Shown here piece after piece: positions 1 to 9,053 of a stretch of 44,061 nucleotides of DNA (positions are counted from its first letter, which is position 1; each line of letters opens with the position of its first letter). Both the position numbers and the translations under genes were made by a program. The stretch is from Escherichia phage Dru_SM5: sequence record PP920550.1. One strand, given 5' to 3'. The notes below the pieces were generated by a model. It was given only the letters and a program-made list of their open reading frames with translations, had not been told where the DNA came from and searched no databases.

Positions 1-43
1 ATGTTGCCGATGGTCGGCGCATATGAACAAAAGGGCTTATATC

Positions 44-595
44 ATGGCAGAAATCAAAGTTAAGGGCCGTCGCGCCAAACTGGACGGACGAGTGGCAGTA
101 ACCCCGCGCCGTAAACCAGGCGAGCAAACAGAACATACCAATCTCGGACCTGAGATCGAATATGGCAAGCGTCGTAAAGGCGGCAAATGTGGGCGCCCGA
201 CCGACTACCGCACTGTGTATTGCGACCAGCTTCGCCGCTATTTTGCCGATGCCGTAGCCTGGCAGATCAACTACTCTGACAAGGGGGCCGCGCAAGTCAT
301 TCCCCGGAACAAGATGCCAACCTTCGGCAGATTTGCCGCTGAAATCGGCGTAGGCGTAGCTTGCCTGTACCGCTGGGCGCGAGCACATGAGGAGTTTGCC
401 GAAGCGATGGCGGACGCAATGGAACTGCAGAAAACTTTCCTGATGGAAGCCGGTGGCGTGACCATCGCGGCAGGCTTCGCTACCTTCCTACTTAAAGCTA
501 ACCACGGCGTCCGCGACGATGTACCGCTGGATGACGACGAAGATGATAACGGCGACGTCGTTGTCGAACCTTCCGGCAAAGGCCAGGGTGAATAA
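44..595 (+). CDS. putative terminase small subunit
   Basis: ORF directly upstream of and overlapping by 1 nt the terminase large subunit gene. ATG at 44 follows an AAAAGGG RBS; the track start at 23 has none. Acidic C-terminal tail. Function inferred from position only. Confidence 0.5.
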   Translation: MAEIKVKGRRAKLDGRVAVTPRRKPGEQTEHTNLGPEIEYGKRRKGGKCGRPTDYRTVYCDQLRRYFADAVAWQINYSDKGAAQVIPRNKMPTFGRFAAEIGVGVACLYRWARAHEEFAEAMADAMELQKTFLMEAGGVTIAAGFATFLLKANHGVRDDVPLDDDEDDNGDVVVEPSGKGQGE

Positions 596-1980
596 TGCGT
601 AACTATGCGGCAGAACACCGCGCACTTGAGCGCGCGATTGCAAAGCGCAACCGACCACCGCGCCCGACACGCGTTGCGCAGGCGGTGCGTCTTTACCAGC
701 CTGATTGCCTGCCGCACCAGGTGGAACTACTGCGCGACACAAAGACCAAAATACTCGGCCTGTGTTCCGGCTTCGGTGGCGGAAAGTCATGGGTCGCGGC
801 GCGTAAGGTCATCCAGCTTCTGACACTGAACCCGGGTCATGACGGCATCGTGACCGAGCCGACTATCCCACTCCTGGTTAAAATCATGTATCCGGAACTG
901 GAGAAGGCTTTCGACGAGGCTGGATTCCGGTGGAAGTTCAATAAGCAGGACAAGATTTATAGCGTGCTGGTGAAAGGCAAATGGACTCGCGTTATCTGTG
1001 AGTCAATGGAGAACTATACCCGCCTCATCGGTGTTAACGCCGCGTGGATTGTTGCCGACGAGTTCGATACCACGAAGCAAGACGTTGCGCTGGCGGCGTA
1101 TCACAAATTGCTAGGTCGTCTGCGTGCAGGCTTTGTACGCCAGTTCGTCATCGTGTCCACGCCGGAAGGCTTCCGGGCGATGTATCAGATTTTTGAAGTG
1201 GAGAAGGATAGCCAAAAACGCTTGATCCGGGCGAAGACCACGGACAACCACCATTTACCGGCAGACTTTATCGACACGCTGCGCAGTCAGTACCCGGCTA
1301 ACCTGATAGATGCGTACCTGAACGGCCTGTTTGTTAACCTTACGTCGGGCGCGGTGTACAAGATGTTTAATCGCGAGGAGAACGCCAGCACCGAAGAAGT
1401 ACAACCGGAAGACACGCTGATTATCGGTATGGACTTTAACGTCACGAAAATGGCGGCGGTCGTGTATGTAAGACGGCAGCGTACCACCGAGAACAAGGAG
1501 TTCCGCGACGAGATTCACGCAGTGGATGAATTTGTGGACCTGTTTGATACCCCGGCTATGATTGAGGCGATCGAGGAGCGATACCCCGATCATTGTGCTG
1601 CCGGTCGTGTTGTCGTTTACCCGGATAGCAGCGGCAAGTCTCGCAAGACTGTCAACGCATCATCGTCCGATATAGCGCAACTGGAAGACGCGGGCTTCGA
1701 GGTGGAGTATTACAGTGTTAACCCACCTGTGAAAGACCGATTGATCGCGATGAATACAATGATGTGCAACTCGAAGGGCGTGCGCCAGTATTTTGTCAAC
1801 CTGGATAAATGCCCTACACTAGCGAAATGTCTGGAACAGCAGGTTTACGACCTGAAGAAAGGCGAGCCGGATAAAACCGCCGGTGTGGACCACATGAACG
1901 ATGCCGCGGGCTATCCAATTGCGCATCTGTTCCCAGTGATTCGTCCGATCGCCGTTGTTCCAACTGTAGACTTCTACTAA
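595..1980 (+). CDS. terminase large subunit
   Basis: 461 aa. P-loop-like GFGGGKSW and Walker B-like IVADEFD in the N-terminal half. RBS AGGGTGA. Directly followed by the portal gene. Confidence 0.85.
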   Translation: MRNYAAEHRALERAIAKRNRPPRPTRVAQAVRLYQPDCLPHQVELLRDTKTKILGLCSGFGGGKSWVAARKVIQLLTLNPGHDGIVTEPTIPLLVKIMYPELEKAFDEAGFRWKFNKQDKIYSVLVKGKWTRVICESMENYTRLIGVNAAWIVADEFDTTKQDVALAAYHKLLGRLRAGFVRQFVIVSTPEGFRAMYQIFEVEKDSQKRLIRAKTTDNHHLPADFIDTLRSQYPANLIDAYLNGLFVNLTSGAVYKMFNREENASTEEVQPEDTLIIGMDFNVTKMAAVVYVRRQRTTENKEFRDEIHAVDEFVDLFDTPAMIEAIEERYPDHCAAGRVVVYPDSSGKSRKTVNASSSDIAQLEDAGFEVEYYSVNPPVKDRLIAMNTMMCNSKGVRQYFVNLDKCPTLAKCLEQQVYDLKKGEPDKTAGVDHMNDAAGYPIAHLFPVIRPIAVVPTVDFY

Positions 1981-1990
1981 GGAAACGACC

Positions 1991-3511
1991 ATGACCGTTA
2001 ACGTTGACAACCAGCACCCGCTCTATGCGCGCATCGCGCCAGAGTGGAAAATGATCCGTGACTGTGTAGCAGGGGAGCGCGCCGTGAAGGCGTGCGGCCC
2101 ATTATACCTGCCACACCCAGCCAGTGGCGACAATACTGACCCGAAAGCACGGGCGCGGTATAAGGCGTACAAGCAACGCGCTGTATTCCTGAACGCCACC
2201 GCCCGCACACTTAACGCGCTGTTAGGCGTTGCCTTTGCTAAACCGGTAAGTCTGGACCTTTCCGGGGCGATGGCTGACCTGATTGACGACGTAGACGGCA
2301 GCGGCATGCCGCTGCCGCAACTCCTGCGCGGTGCTATGTCTGAAGTTCTGCAATCAGGTCGTGCGGGCTTTATGGTGGACTACGATCGCCAGGCGCATTT
2401 TGATGAACTGGGTAACGTAGTACCGCAGACAGCCGCTGAGATGGCGTCACATCGCCCGCTTATCCGCCTGTACACGGCAGAACAGATCATCAACTGGCGG
2501 CAGACCCACGGAGTCGATACGCTGATTGTGCTGAAGGAGACGGACGAAATCAGCACCGAAGACCCGGACGACTTCGCAAACCACGAAGTCACAATCTGGA
2601 CTGAATTGCGCATGATTAACGGTGCGGCACACGCCCGCCGCTGGTTTTACAACGCAGACACGTCCGAAGTGCAAATGGACTTGCCGCGTGGATTTACCCG
2701 CACCGACCTTGTGCCGCTGGTGGATGCTGCCGGTAAAGCGCTGACACAACTCCCGTTTTGCTGGTGTGGCGCGGTGGACAACAACGCAACGCCAGACGCC
2801 GCTCCGCTGGCGGATATCGCATCTATCAACATTAAGCACTACAACGCCGAAGCGGACGTCGCCGAGATTGCGCACATCGTGGGCCAACCTACCCTAGTTG
2901 CGACGGGCTTGACCCAATCATGGGCTGACAAAAACCTGAAGGGCGGCATTGCCCTCGGCGCGACTAAGGGTGTTATCCTGGGCCAGAACATGGACGCTAA
3001 ACTGATCCAGGCGGAGGAGCGCAACTTGTCGGTTGCACTGTGTGAGCGTCGCGAATTGCAAATGGCTAAACTTGGTGCGGCCCTGGTTGAGAAGGGGACT
3101 GCACCAAAGACGGCAACTGAAGCGGCCTACGATGCGCAGACTGATAACAGTATCCTGTCGCTTATTGCCGGTAACGTTGAGAAGGCTTTCAACCGTGCGC
3201 TGCAAATCGTCCAGCTATTCACGGGCGACACCGCCGACCAGCGTGTGACGCTGAATAAGTTCTACACCGAAATCACGGTTGATGCGCAGCTTATGACCGC
3301 AATGATGTCGGGTGTACAGACTGGCACGGTCCGCCTGGCTGATTTCATCAAGTGGATGATGGCGCAGGGCGTCATCGACGACTCGCAAACCGTCGAGCAG
3401 GTGGAAGACGAATTGCGAAATCAGAATCCATTGCCTCAAATGTCCCCTGATGCGGTAGAATCTACCGAAGAAGACCCGGACAAGGTAGCGGACAATGGCG
3501 AAGACAATTAA
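1991..3511 (+). CDS. portal protein
   Basis: 506 aa ORF immediately after terL with RBS AAGGAAACG. Acidic C-terminus. Position and size typical of portal. Confidence 0.75.
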   Translation: MTVNVDNQHPLYARIAPEWKMIRDCVAGERAVKACGPLYLPHPASGDNTDPKARARYKAYKQRAVFLNATARTLNALLGVAFAKPVSLDLSGAMADLIDDVDGSGMPLPQLLRGAMSEVLQSGRAGFMVDYDRQAHFDELGNVVPQTAAEMASHRPLIRLYTAEQIINWRQTHGVDTLIVLKETDEISTEDPDDFANHEVTIWTELRMINGAAHARRWFYNADTSEVQMDLPRGFTRTDLVPLVDAAGKALTQLPFCWCGAVDNNATPDAAPLADIASINIKHYNAEADVAEIAHIVGQPTLVATGLTQSWADKNLKGGIALGATKGVILGQNMDAKLIQAEERNLSVALCERRELQMAKLGAALVEKGTAPKTATEAAYDAQTDNSILSLIAGNVEKAFNRALQIVQLFTGDTADQRVTLNKFYTEITVDAQLMTAMMSGVQTGTVRLADFIKWMMAQGVIDDSQTVEQVEDELRNQNPLPQMSPDAVESTEEDPDKVADNGEDN

Positions 3512-4598
3512 TCAATATTTGGCGGATCGCATGATTCGCCGTCACCTCTTCACCCAGCGCCTGAGCAATGACCAGGCGCGAAGGGTGCTGTCCATGTGGG
3601 AGAAGTTCCGGCCCACGTTACTGGGTAAGCTGACCGAGTTACTTGATGGTAAAAAAGCCATGAGCAACAAGGCGCTTACCACACTGTTGACGCAACTCGA
3701 CAAGACCGTTAAAACGGAACTGCGCACCGAGTTTAAGGCGCTGGCTGAAAACCTTCAGGAGTTCGCCGACACCGAGGCTGATTATCTAGCCGATACATTA
3801 ACGGCAGCGATCCAGCCTGCGGTCGCCGTACCGGCTGTTGAGGTTGTGAGCGTTGTAACCGGCGCGCAGATTGCAGCGACGGCAATGAAAAACCCGTTCC
3901 AGGGTAACACCATGATGCAGTGGCCTGACTCACTTTCCGAGTGGACCAGGACGCAGATCGGCAATCAGGTGCGCGCCGGATTCATCCAGGGCAAGCCAAC
4001 GATGGAAATTATCGCGGACGTGAGGCGCGCGCTTGGCGGTCGTAGTGCGCAGGCAATCTCAAGCGTTGTTAAGTCCGCGGTCAACCACTATGCGGCGACC
4101 GCCCGCGAATTAATGGTAAAAGCTAATGATGATATTCTCGAAGGTCGCCAATGGTTATCTACATTGGACACGCATACTTCTCCCATGTGCCAGCTACGCG
4201 ATCGCCTGTTTTATCCTGTTGACGTCACTCCCGACACCAAAGGAAAACGCGGCGGGAAAATGGTGGCTGGGTCACAATATGGCGCTGGTCCGGGCAAGTT
4301 GCATTATTGTTGCCGGTCGACGGAGACGTGGAAGGTTAAAGGCATGGAAGATTGGCCCAGTGGTAAGCGTCCGGCGCTGAAGGCTGACGCGGGCCGATTG
4401 CTGAGTGAGCAGGTGGACGCGCAGACTGATTTCTTCTCATGGGTGCAGCGCCAGCCGCGCCATATCCTGGAAGAATTATACGGAGTGCAACGCGCCGACC
4501 AGATTATGCGCGGCGTGAAAGTGCCGAAGATGTTTACCGATTCTGGCGAACTGATGACTATCGCACAGCTTAAAAACCGGGGGTTATGGCGTGATTAA
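3495..4598 (+). CDS. head morphogenesis / minor head protein (Mu F / SPP1 gp7-like)
   Basis: 367 aa ORF overlapping the portal 3' end by 17 nt. Conserved synteny position after portal. Function by position and size. Confidence 0.6.
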   Translation: MAKTINQYLADRMIRRHLFTQRLSNDQARRVLSMWEKFRPTLLGKLTELLDGKKAMSNKALTTLLTQLDKTVKTELRTEFKALAENLQEFADTEADYLADTLTAAIQPAVAVPAVEVVSVVTGAQIAATAMKNPFQGNTMMQWPDSLSEWTRTQIGNQVRAGFIQGKPTMEIIADVRRALGGRSAQAISSVVKSAVNHYAATARELMVKANDDILEGRQWLSTLDTHTSPMCQLRDRLFYPVDVTPDTKGKRGGKMVAGSQYGAGPGKLHYCCRSTETWKVKGMEDWPSGKRPALKADAGRLLSEQVDAQTDFFSWVQRQPRHILEELYGVQRADQIMRGVKVPKMFTDSGELMTIAQLKNRGLWRD

Positions 4599-4920
4599 AT
4601 ACGCAGCGATTGGGCTGGTTATCGGTCTGGCGGTAGGATTCTGGCTAGGTGACTCCTATCGCGCTGGCGTAGTGGCTGAGGCGGCGCAAGAAGCGCAAGC
4701 CAAAGCCCAACGGCAGCAAACTAAAGTTGTAGAGCGCTCCGTGCAGGCCGAACAAGCCCGCGACGTAGAATACCGGACTATCACGAAAGAGGTTGTTAAA
4801 TATGTTACGCGCACTAACCGCCCTGATTGTAGTTTTGATGCTGAGCGCGTGCGGATCAAGCAACGTGCAGTTGATGCCGCTAACGGAGTCGGCACTGCGA
4901 CCGCCGTGCAAGTTCGATAA
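4591..4920 (+). CDS. putative i-spanin (Rz-like)
   Basis: GTG start after RBS CCGGGGG. N-terminal transmembrane segment IKYAAIGLVIGLAVGFWLG followed by a charged Q/A/E/R-rich periplasmic-type region. Overlaps the lipoprotein ORF in another frame. Confidence 0.5.
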   Translation: MIKYAAIGLVIGLAVGFWLGDSYRAGVVAEAAQEAQAKAQRQQTKVVERSVQAEQARDVEYRTITKEVVKYVTRTNRPDCSFDAERVRIKQRAVDAANGVGTATAVQVR

Positions 4921-5032
4921 CCCGTCCGCAGACCCCGACGAGGATTTGATGATTGATGTGAAAAATATGGAATGCGGGGCGAAGCTGAGGGCGCAGGTCC
5001 TGGAGTTGCAGCAAATAATTAAGGGGCCGTAA
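4793..5032 (+). CDS. putative o-spanin lipoprotein (Rz1-like)
   Basis: RBS GAGG about 10 nt upstream of the ATG. Signal peptide MLNMLRALTALIVVLML with lipobox LSAC, then a short Pro-containing mature region. Starts inside the Rz-like ORF in the +1 frame and extends beyond it. Confidence 0.55.
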   Translation: MLNMLRALTALIVVLMLSACGSSNVQLMPLTESALRPPCKFDNPSADPDEDLMIDVKNMECGAKLRAQVLELQQIIKGP

Positions 5033-5045
5033 TGGCCCCTTTTTG
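5021..5045. terminator. intrinsic terminator hairpin between convergent genes
   Basis: GGGGCC-gtaat-GGCCCC stem-loop followed by TTTTTG. Sits between the + strand spanin genes and the - strand gene ending at 5046. Confidence 0.5.
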
Positions 5046-5810
5046 TTATCGCGGAATACCGCAAATCTCGTTGAGAGTTTTCACATCCAGCGCCACCGCC
5101 GTGGACTTCGGCTTATCCGGGTATGGAATAAACTGTTCAACTTCAGGCCACGCCTTGACCAGCTTCTTATCGGTATTGTGCATATCCAGCACGCCGGTAA
5201 CAGTTAGTTTGAACGCGTCATACTTAGCCCGCAACTCACGGCGGGCCTTGTCGTTACGGTCCAGGCGCTTGCAGAAATCATGGTCCGCAGGGTAGTCTAT
5301 ACGACCGCGTGGCTTATATATCGGCAGCGCTTTCCCTTCATCGTCAACTTCGCACACTGACGCTAACATAATTTCCTCATACCCAGGAACAATATCGCTA
5401 AGATCCGGTGCGAGCTTATTCATATATTTGTCTTCCCAGTATCCGCGGTGTTGGCGGAATCTTAGCCCGTCACCACTCAATGATAGGGTACGAACATTAC
5501 CGCCTGCGTTGATTTCGAAAGTGGCGTCGTAAACGCAGCCGATACCATACGGGCGATCGGAGTCGAAACGATACGTCGCTTTGTCGGTGTAAACGCTAAC
5601 GCCGTACATCTGCGACTGGTTGTCGCGGATTAACCGGATGTGCTCGAGTAGCTCGGCGAATGTGCGAATGCCTTCCGGCATACAGTCAAGCGTGATTGCG
5701 TACGCCAGATCGCGTGAGTCCACCATGATTTGTTTGGCTTCGGTTGCGATTTCGTGGTCGCGCAGGATGTTAGCCAGAATCTGATTTTTAATGTCTTTTG
5801 TCAGTCTCAT
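5046..5810 (-). CDS. hypothetical protein (reverse-strand insert in head module)
   Basis: Track ORF 5046..5897; internal ATG at 5810 chosen because it follows an AAGAGGA RBS (255 aa). No recognisable motif. Confidence 0.6.
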   Translation of the reverse strand: MRLTKDIKNQILANILRDHEIATEAKQIMVDSRDLAYAITLDCMPEGIRTFAELLEHIRLIRDNQSQMYGVSVYTDKATYRFDSDRPYGIGCVYDATFEINAGGNVRTLSLSGDGLRFRQHRGYWEDKYMNKLAPDLSDIVPGYEEIMLASVCEVDDEGKALPIYKPRGRIDYPADHDFCKRLDRNDKARRELRAKYDAFKLTVTGVLDMHNTDKKLVKAWPEVEQFIPYPDKPKSTAVALDVKTLNEICGIPR

Positions 5811-5824
5811 TTTTGTGTCCTCTT

Positions 5825-5986
5825 TTAGTGGTTGTATAATTCGCCGCGTGCGTCGGCATCTTCCATTTGGTGTAGTGCGTGTTTCTGGTCCTGGCAAGGA
5901 ATCCAGCGTTCCTCTAATTTATGCCAGAAGTAAAACACCCCGTTATCCAGCTTAATCTCGGCAATACCGTTATTGAAAGTTAGCAT
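5825..5986 (-). CDS. hypothetical small protein
   Basis: Track ORF 5825..6040; ATG at 5986 follows a GAGGG RBS (53 aa). First gene of the reverse-strand pair. Confidence 0.4.
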   Translation of the reverse strand: MLTFNNGIAEIKLDNGVFYFWHKLEERWIPCQDQKHALHQMEDADARGELYNH

Positions 5987-6052
5987 TTTGTTACCCTCAT
6001 TGGTTGGTATGCAACCAATATATTGCAACCAATCCACCAATGCAAGCGAATT

Positions 6053-6080
6053 TTGCGATTATTTTTATCGCTGATAATAT
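6053..6080 (+). promoter_or_regulatory. candidate sigma70-type promoter for scaffold/capsid operon
   Basis: TTGCGA, 16 nt spacer, TAATAT, about 55 nt upstream of the ATG at 6136. Preceded by a cluster of GCAACCAAT motifs (5998-6046). Confidence 0.35.
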
Positions 6081-6135
6081 TAGAGGCGTGAAGTCGAGCG
6101 GGTGGCCTGCTCTGCCACAATCCCAGGGGGATAGC

Positions 6136-6837
6136 ATGAAACTTACTAAAGCAGAATATGACGCGTTGCCAGAAGGCATGAAGGCCTTATTTGTTGCCGA
6201 TGGTGACGGGTATAAATCAACGTTCATGACCGCAGAAGAAGTACAGGCGGAAATCAAGGGTCTGAAAGACAACAACGCGAAGCTGGTGAGCGAGAAGAAA
6301 GCAGAAGCCGAACGCCGCGCCGAAGCTGAGCGACTTGCGAAAGAGAAAGAGGAAGCCGCCGCGCGCAAAAATGGCGACCTCGAAGCGATCGACAAGTCCT
6401 GGAAAGATAAGTTTGCGAAACACGAAGCAGACACATCGGGAAAAATCGAAGCCTACCGCAAGCAGATCCACGACCTAACCATCGGCAGCGCTGCCAAAGA
6501 CCTGGCATCGAAGCTGTTCGGTAAGAATGCGGGCATCATGCAACGCCACGTAATGGATCGCCTGACGCTGGAAGACGGCGAAGACGGCAGCTTGAAAGTG
6601 CGTGTCTTGCAGGATGGCAAACCGTCCGCGCTGACTATGGAAGAGCTTGAAAAAGAGTTCCGTAATAACGCCGATTTTGCATCCGTCCTGGCTGGCACGC
6701 CAGCCGGTGGCGCGCCTAGCAAACCGACGCAGGTTGTCGAAGATGTGAAGTCGAAAATCACTATGGGCCATAGCTTCGGTATCACTGACCTTACGAAACA
6801 GGCAGGTGAAATCATCGCGAAGATGGGCGACGAGTAA
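6136..6837 (+). CDS. putative head scaffolding protein
   Basis: Track ORF starts at 6004; ATG at 6136 follows an AGGGGGA RBS. Charged, A/E/K-rich coiled-coil-like composition. Sits immediately upstream of the major capsid gene. Confidence 0.55.
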   Translation: MKLTKAEYDALPEGMKALFVADGDGYKSTFMTAEEVQAEIKGLKDNNAKLVSEKKAEAERRAEAERLAKEKEEAAARKNGDLEAIDKSWKDKFAKHEADTSGKIEAYRKQIHDLTIGSAAKDLASKLFGKNAGIMQRHVMDRLTLEDGEDGSLKVRVLQDGKPSALTMEELEKEFRNNADFASVLAGTPAGGAPSKPTQVVEDVKSKITMGHSFGITDLTKQAGEIIAKMGDE

Positions 6838-6934
6838 GCAGATCGCCCGCGAAAGCGGGCGATTTTGCTAGCGCGGAAATCTAAGGTAACATTAACGTCA
6901 CTGGGCGAATGCTCACAACTCAAAGGATTTCGAT

Positions 6935-8035
6935 ATGTCTTTAACAGTGTTCCAGCGTAAACTCGTTACCGCGGTTACGCAAATGATCCCCGACAACCTG
7001 AACGTTTTCAACGCCGCCGCCAATGGCGCTGTTGTTCTCGGTACTGGTGAAGTGCTGAAGGACGTTATTGAGAAAATGTCCGTAGGCTTGATCGCCAACC
7101 TCGTTACCGACCGTAACGCCTACGCCCCTGTCGGCACTCCGGCAACCGCGAAAGTTCTGGCGCGTATGCTGACCAACTCGGTTAACCTTTCCGCAAAAGT
7201 GGGTCCGGTAGCAATCACTAAGGCTATGATGGCTAAGATCGAAACCAACGTTAACAGCGTTGCGGCTGAGATTGCGGCACAGGCTACTCAAGCGATTATG
7301 CTGCACTACCTGAAAGCTGGTATCGGCGCAAGTAAAGCGGCGATCGAAAGCAACGCAGCGGCAAAATACACCCAACCGGCGCGCGTTGACGGCGTTGGTG
7401 GTCGTACCTTCCCGACCCTGGCAGACTTCCCGCTGGCGGCTTCTAAGTTCGGCGATCAGGCGTCTTTGATTAAGTCCTGGTTTATGGACGGCGTTACCTG
7501 GGCAAACTTCATTGCGTACCAGGCACTCCCTTCCGCTGAACAGGTATTCGCAATTGGCGATCTACAGGTAATGGGTGATGGCCTGGGCCGACGATTCATT
7601 ATCTCCGATGCCGCTGCCGATGCTATGGGCGCTGGTAACATGCTGGGTCTGGTTCCTGGCGCGGTTGCAGTTACCACCAACGGCCTCGATATGCTGGCGC
7701 AGGAGAAAGGCGGTAACGAGAACATCGAACGCTGGTGGCAGGGCGAGTTCGACTTCAACGTGGCCGTTAAAGGCTACCGTCTGAAGGCGTCCGCTCGTAC
7801 CCCGATCGAAGGTGTGCGCTCGTTCAAACTGGACGATATTACCACTTCCGCTAACTGGGAACTGGACCAGGGCCAGGTAGACAACGCACCGGCAACCGTG
7901 CAGGACGTTGGCGCTGTGGGTGATGGCGATACTAAAGGTCGTCGTAAGACCCAGGCTGCACAGGCAGTGCCTACCCGTCACATCAAGGAAACCGCTGGCG
8001 TACTGGTTACGCTGACTGCGACTACCGCGTCTTAA
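6935..8035 (+). CDS. major capsid protein
   Basis: 366 aa ORF with RBS AAAGGA, followed by a strong terminator. Position after scaffold. Ala/Gly/Val-rich composition typical of capsid proteins. Confidence 0.7.
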   Translation: MSLTVFQRKLVTAVTQMIPDNLNVFNAAANGAVVLGTGEVLKDVIEKMSVGLIANLVTDRNAYAPVGTPATAKVLARMLTNSVNLSAKVGPVAITKAMMAKIETNVNSVAAEIAAQATQAIMLHYLKAGIGASKAAIESNAAAKYTQPARVDGVGGRTFPTLADFPLAASKFGDQASLIKSWFMDGVTWANFIAYQALPSAEQVFAIGDLQVMGDGLGRRFIISDAAADAMGAGNMLGLVPGAVAVTTNGLDMLAQEKGGNENIERWWQGEFDFNVAVKGYRLKASARTPIEGVRSFKLDDITTSANWELDQGQVDNAPATVQDVGAVGDGDTKGRRKTQAAQAVPTRHIKETAGVLVTLTATTAS

Positions 8036-8043
8036 CGGGCGCA

Positions 8044-8069
8044 CATCCCAAAGGGGCGGGCTTATGCCC
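8044..8069 (+). terminator. intrinsic terminator after major capsid gene
   Basis: GGCGGGC-tta-TGCCCGCC hairpin followed by TTTTTT. Confidence 0.55.
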
Positions 8070-8093
8070 GCCTTTTTTATAGGAGTGAATACA

Positions 8094-8594
8094 ATGTATG
8101 GCGACCCGCAAACCTTTGTCGATTATGCCGCTGCGCGAGGCGTTGAAATTACGCTAGGCGATGCAACGCGACACCTTACCATCGTTAACGACTTCCTTAA
8201 CGGCATCAACTGGATCGGCGAACAAGCAGACCAGACCGGAATCGACGCATGGCCCCGCATTAATTACCCGTCAGACGGTAAGCCGGTGCGCGACACGCTC
8301 ACTGAAGTTGTGGAAGTAGTGCCTGCCGGGCAGATCGTAGACTTCGCATCAACCCCCGTTGCCGTTGAGCAAGCTGTTTACCGGTTGGCGATGTTGGTGG
8401 CGGACGAGGTCGATATTTCTCCTGTTGGCAGTGGTAAGGAGACTATCCGCGAAACTGTTGGCCCGATCACGATGGAATATGACCCTGCGACGATTGGTAG
8501 CGGTGTCTCGTTCCCGTGGTGGGATGGCTTGCTAGGCCACTGGATTGACTCGGACGGCAACGCAGCGGGTAATTTTGACGTATTCCGGGGGTGA
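8094..8594 (+). CDS. hypothetical head-tail connector region protein
   Basis: Track ORF from 8064; ATG at 8094 follows an AGGAG RBS. Lies between capsid and tail genes. Confidence 0.5.
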   Translation: MYGDPQTFVDYAAARGVEITLGDATRHLTIVNDFLNGINWIGEQADQTGIDAWPRINYPSDGKPVRDTLTEVVEVVPAGQIVDFASTPVAVEQAVYRLAMLVADEVDISPVGSGKETIRETVGPITMEYDPATIGSGVSFPWWDGLLGHWIDSDGNAAGNFDVFRG

Positions 8595-8698
8595 TATGAA
8601 TCCTGCATTACTGGCGGCTATTTTAGCCGCAAACACTAAACGACAACCAGAACCTGAACCAGCGCCAGAACCGGAACCACCGGTGCAGGGGGATGAAA

Positions 8699-9052
8699 AT
8701 GGCGGGCTTTAATTACGCGGGCTTAAAGCGGAAAGTCAATCCGCTGATTAAAAAGTTTGGCATTACGGCTACTGTGACGCGTCCTGGTACAGTCGACCGC
8801 GTAGACGGCGACGAAGTGGTCCTCCCTCCGACCTCGTTTGACGTCATCGGACTTCGCGAGGAGTACAAGCCAAGCGAGATCGACGGGACGCGTATCGTTG
8901 CCGGAGATGTGAAGTTTTTGTGCCTGGCAGTAAAGCCGGTGCAGGTCGGGGATTTGATTAGCCTGAACAATACAGACTACAGGGTCATCAACCCAAACCC
9001 CCTGCAACCGGCTGGCACAACCATGCTGTTTCAACTACAGCTAAGGGGGTAA
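8699..9052 (+). CDS. putative head-tail joining protein
   Basis: ATG at 8699 has an AGGGGG RBS at good spacing; the track start at 8693 has none. 117 aa, in the connector region. Confidence 0.45.
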   Translation: MAGFNYAGLKRKVNPLIKKFGITATVTRPGTVDRVDGDEVVLPPTSFDVIGLREEYKPSEIDGTRIVAGDVKFLCLAVKPVQVGDLISLNNTDYRVINPNPLQPAGTTMLFQLQLRG

Positions 9053-9053
9053 C

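Noticed and set aside
6004-6135. 5' extension of the scaffold ORF to 6004
   Set aside because: The extension runs through the promoter/motif region without an RBS. The ATG at 6136 has an AGGGGGA RBS and starts a typical scaffold-like sequence.
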